A stretch of DNA of 25,615 bases from a virus (lineage: Duplodnaviria > Caudoviricetes): the IMG/VR virus record IMGVR_UViG_3300033417_000048, positions 1-25,615 of that record. One strand, written 5' to 3'. The stretch's first letter is position 1, and each line of letters starts with the position of its first letter. Under the pieces are notes generated by a model, which did not search any database, had not been told where the DNA came from, and worked only from the letters and a program-made list of their open reading frames with translations. Below, piece by piece: positions 25,218 to 25,615 of the stretch. The position numbers were made by a program, and so were the translations under genes.

Positions 25218-25533
25218 GGCACTCCGAATTGATCGCCATGAGGTTGCTTAATGCGTCGATCTGTTCCCGCGTCCAGCCCATCCGCAACGCTTCGGTTCGC
25301 CCGACTTTGTGGTGGACTTGGTTCGCGGGCATGAGCCTCTTCAAACCGCCCTGACAGTCCGGACACTGGCACAGTCCGTGTGCTGCGGCCAGCACTACCA
25401 GCCGCAGCTTGCGCCATGCGTGATCGTAGCCACGTTCGGCTGGCGTGCCGCGCACTTCGTCACTCTTCCAGTTGTGGGTTGGAGCGGCGGGACGCTGTAG
25501 CAGCTTGGGGCGTAGGGTTCGTAATCGGGGCAT
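25183..25533 (-). CDS. HNH endonuclease (terminase-associated, HK97 gp74-like)
   Basis: RGYDHAWRKLR, LCQCPDC, VHH, NLMAINSECHEKIT motifs; upstream of terS. Confidence 0.88.
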   Translation of the reverse strand: MPRLRTLRPKLLQRPAAPTHNWKSDEVRGTPAERGYDHAWRKLRLVVLAAAHGLCQCPDCQGGLKRLMPANQVHHKVGRTEALRMGWTREQIDALSNLMAINSECHEKITGGQHSG

Positions 25534-25538
25534 GGCTA

Positions 25539-25606
25539 ATCGTACTGCCCCTCGTACCGCCCGTCAACAGTGTAGTACGTGCGTATGCTGTGGGACAAGA
25601 TTGTCC
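25539..25606 (-). promoter_or_regulatory. Putative tandem sigma70 promoters with operator-like palindrome
   Basis: TTGACG(25567-25562)-17-TACGAT(25544-25539); TTGTCC(25598-25593)-18-TACACT(25574-25569); GGACAA-GA-TTGTCC palindrome at 25593-25606. Confidence 0.55.
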
Positions 25607-25615
25607 ACACGTGGG

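Larger units (their letters stand above)
1..25615. mobile_element. Tailed phage/prophage late region (HK97-like head, non-contractile tail, Gram-negative lysis cassette)
   Basis: Canonical order HNH-terS-terL-portal-protease-capsid-neck-tail-tape measure-lysis, with many ATGA/TAATG gene overlaps. No sheath gene, host genes or att sites seen, so free phage versus prophage cannot be decided. Confidence 0.97.

Noticed and set aside
25183-25533. HNH gene as a mobile homing endonuclease or intron ORF
   Set aside because: Size, motifs and position upstream of terS fit the terminase-associated HNH class; it interrupts no gene.
1-25615. CRISPR array, tRNA, DGR, invertible tail-fibre cassette, att or cos site, stop-codon recoding
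   Set aside because: No repeat-spacer array, cloverleaf, reverse transcriptase, invertase or integrase was seen. Genes read intact in the standard code, and no cos site could be identified from sequence alone.

Overview
The window is the late (morphogenesis and lysis) region of an HK97-type long-tailed phage or prophage of a Gram-negative host. Almost all real genes lie on the minus strand. Reading right to left: HNH nuclease, small genes, terS, terL, an inserted AbrB-like gene, a small membrane protein, portal, prohead protease, major capsid protein, four putative head accessory genes, head-tail connector, a transferase-like gene, head closure, HK97 gp10-like protein, a 56-aa gene, tail terminator, tail tube, frameshifted tail chaperones G/GT, a 1621-aa tape measure protein, four tail-tip/fibre genes, and a lysis cassette (holin-like genes, M15 peptidase endolysin, Rz with embedded Rz1). 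The first 1.1 kb holds small convergent plus-strand hypothetical genes. Most notable: (1) a 391-aa intein with a LAGLIDADG homing endonuclease inside the portal protein; (2) a Maf/CstII(GT42)-like Rossmann-fold gene coupled into the neck operon, directly after a connector carrying an extra ~120-aa beta-rich domain, a possible virion modification system; (3) candidate translational control around the tail genes (structured leader that can pair with the RBS, non-canonical -1 frameshift site, repeated GNRA hairpin before the capsid and tail tube genes, bL9-N-like mini-protein). All family assignments come from motif recognition and gene order by eye; no searches were run.
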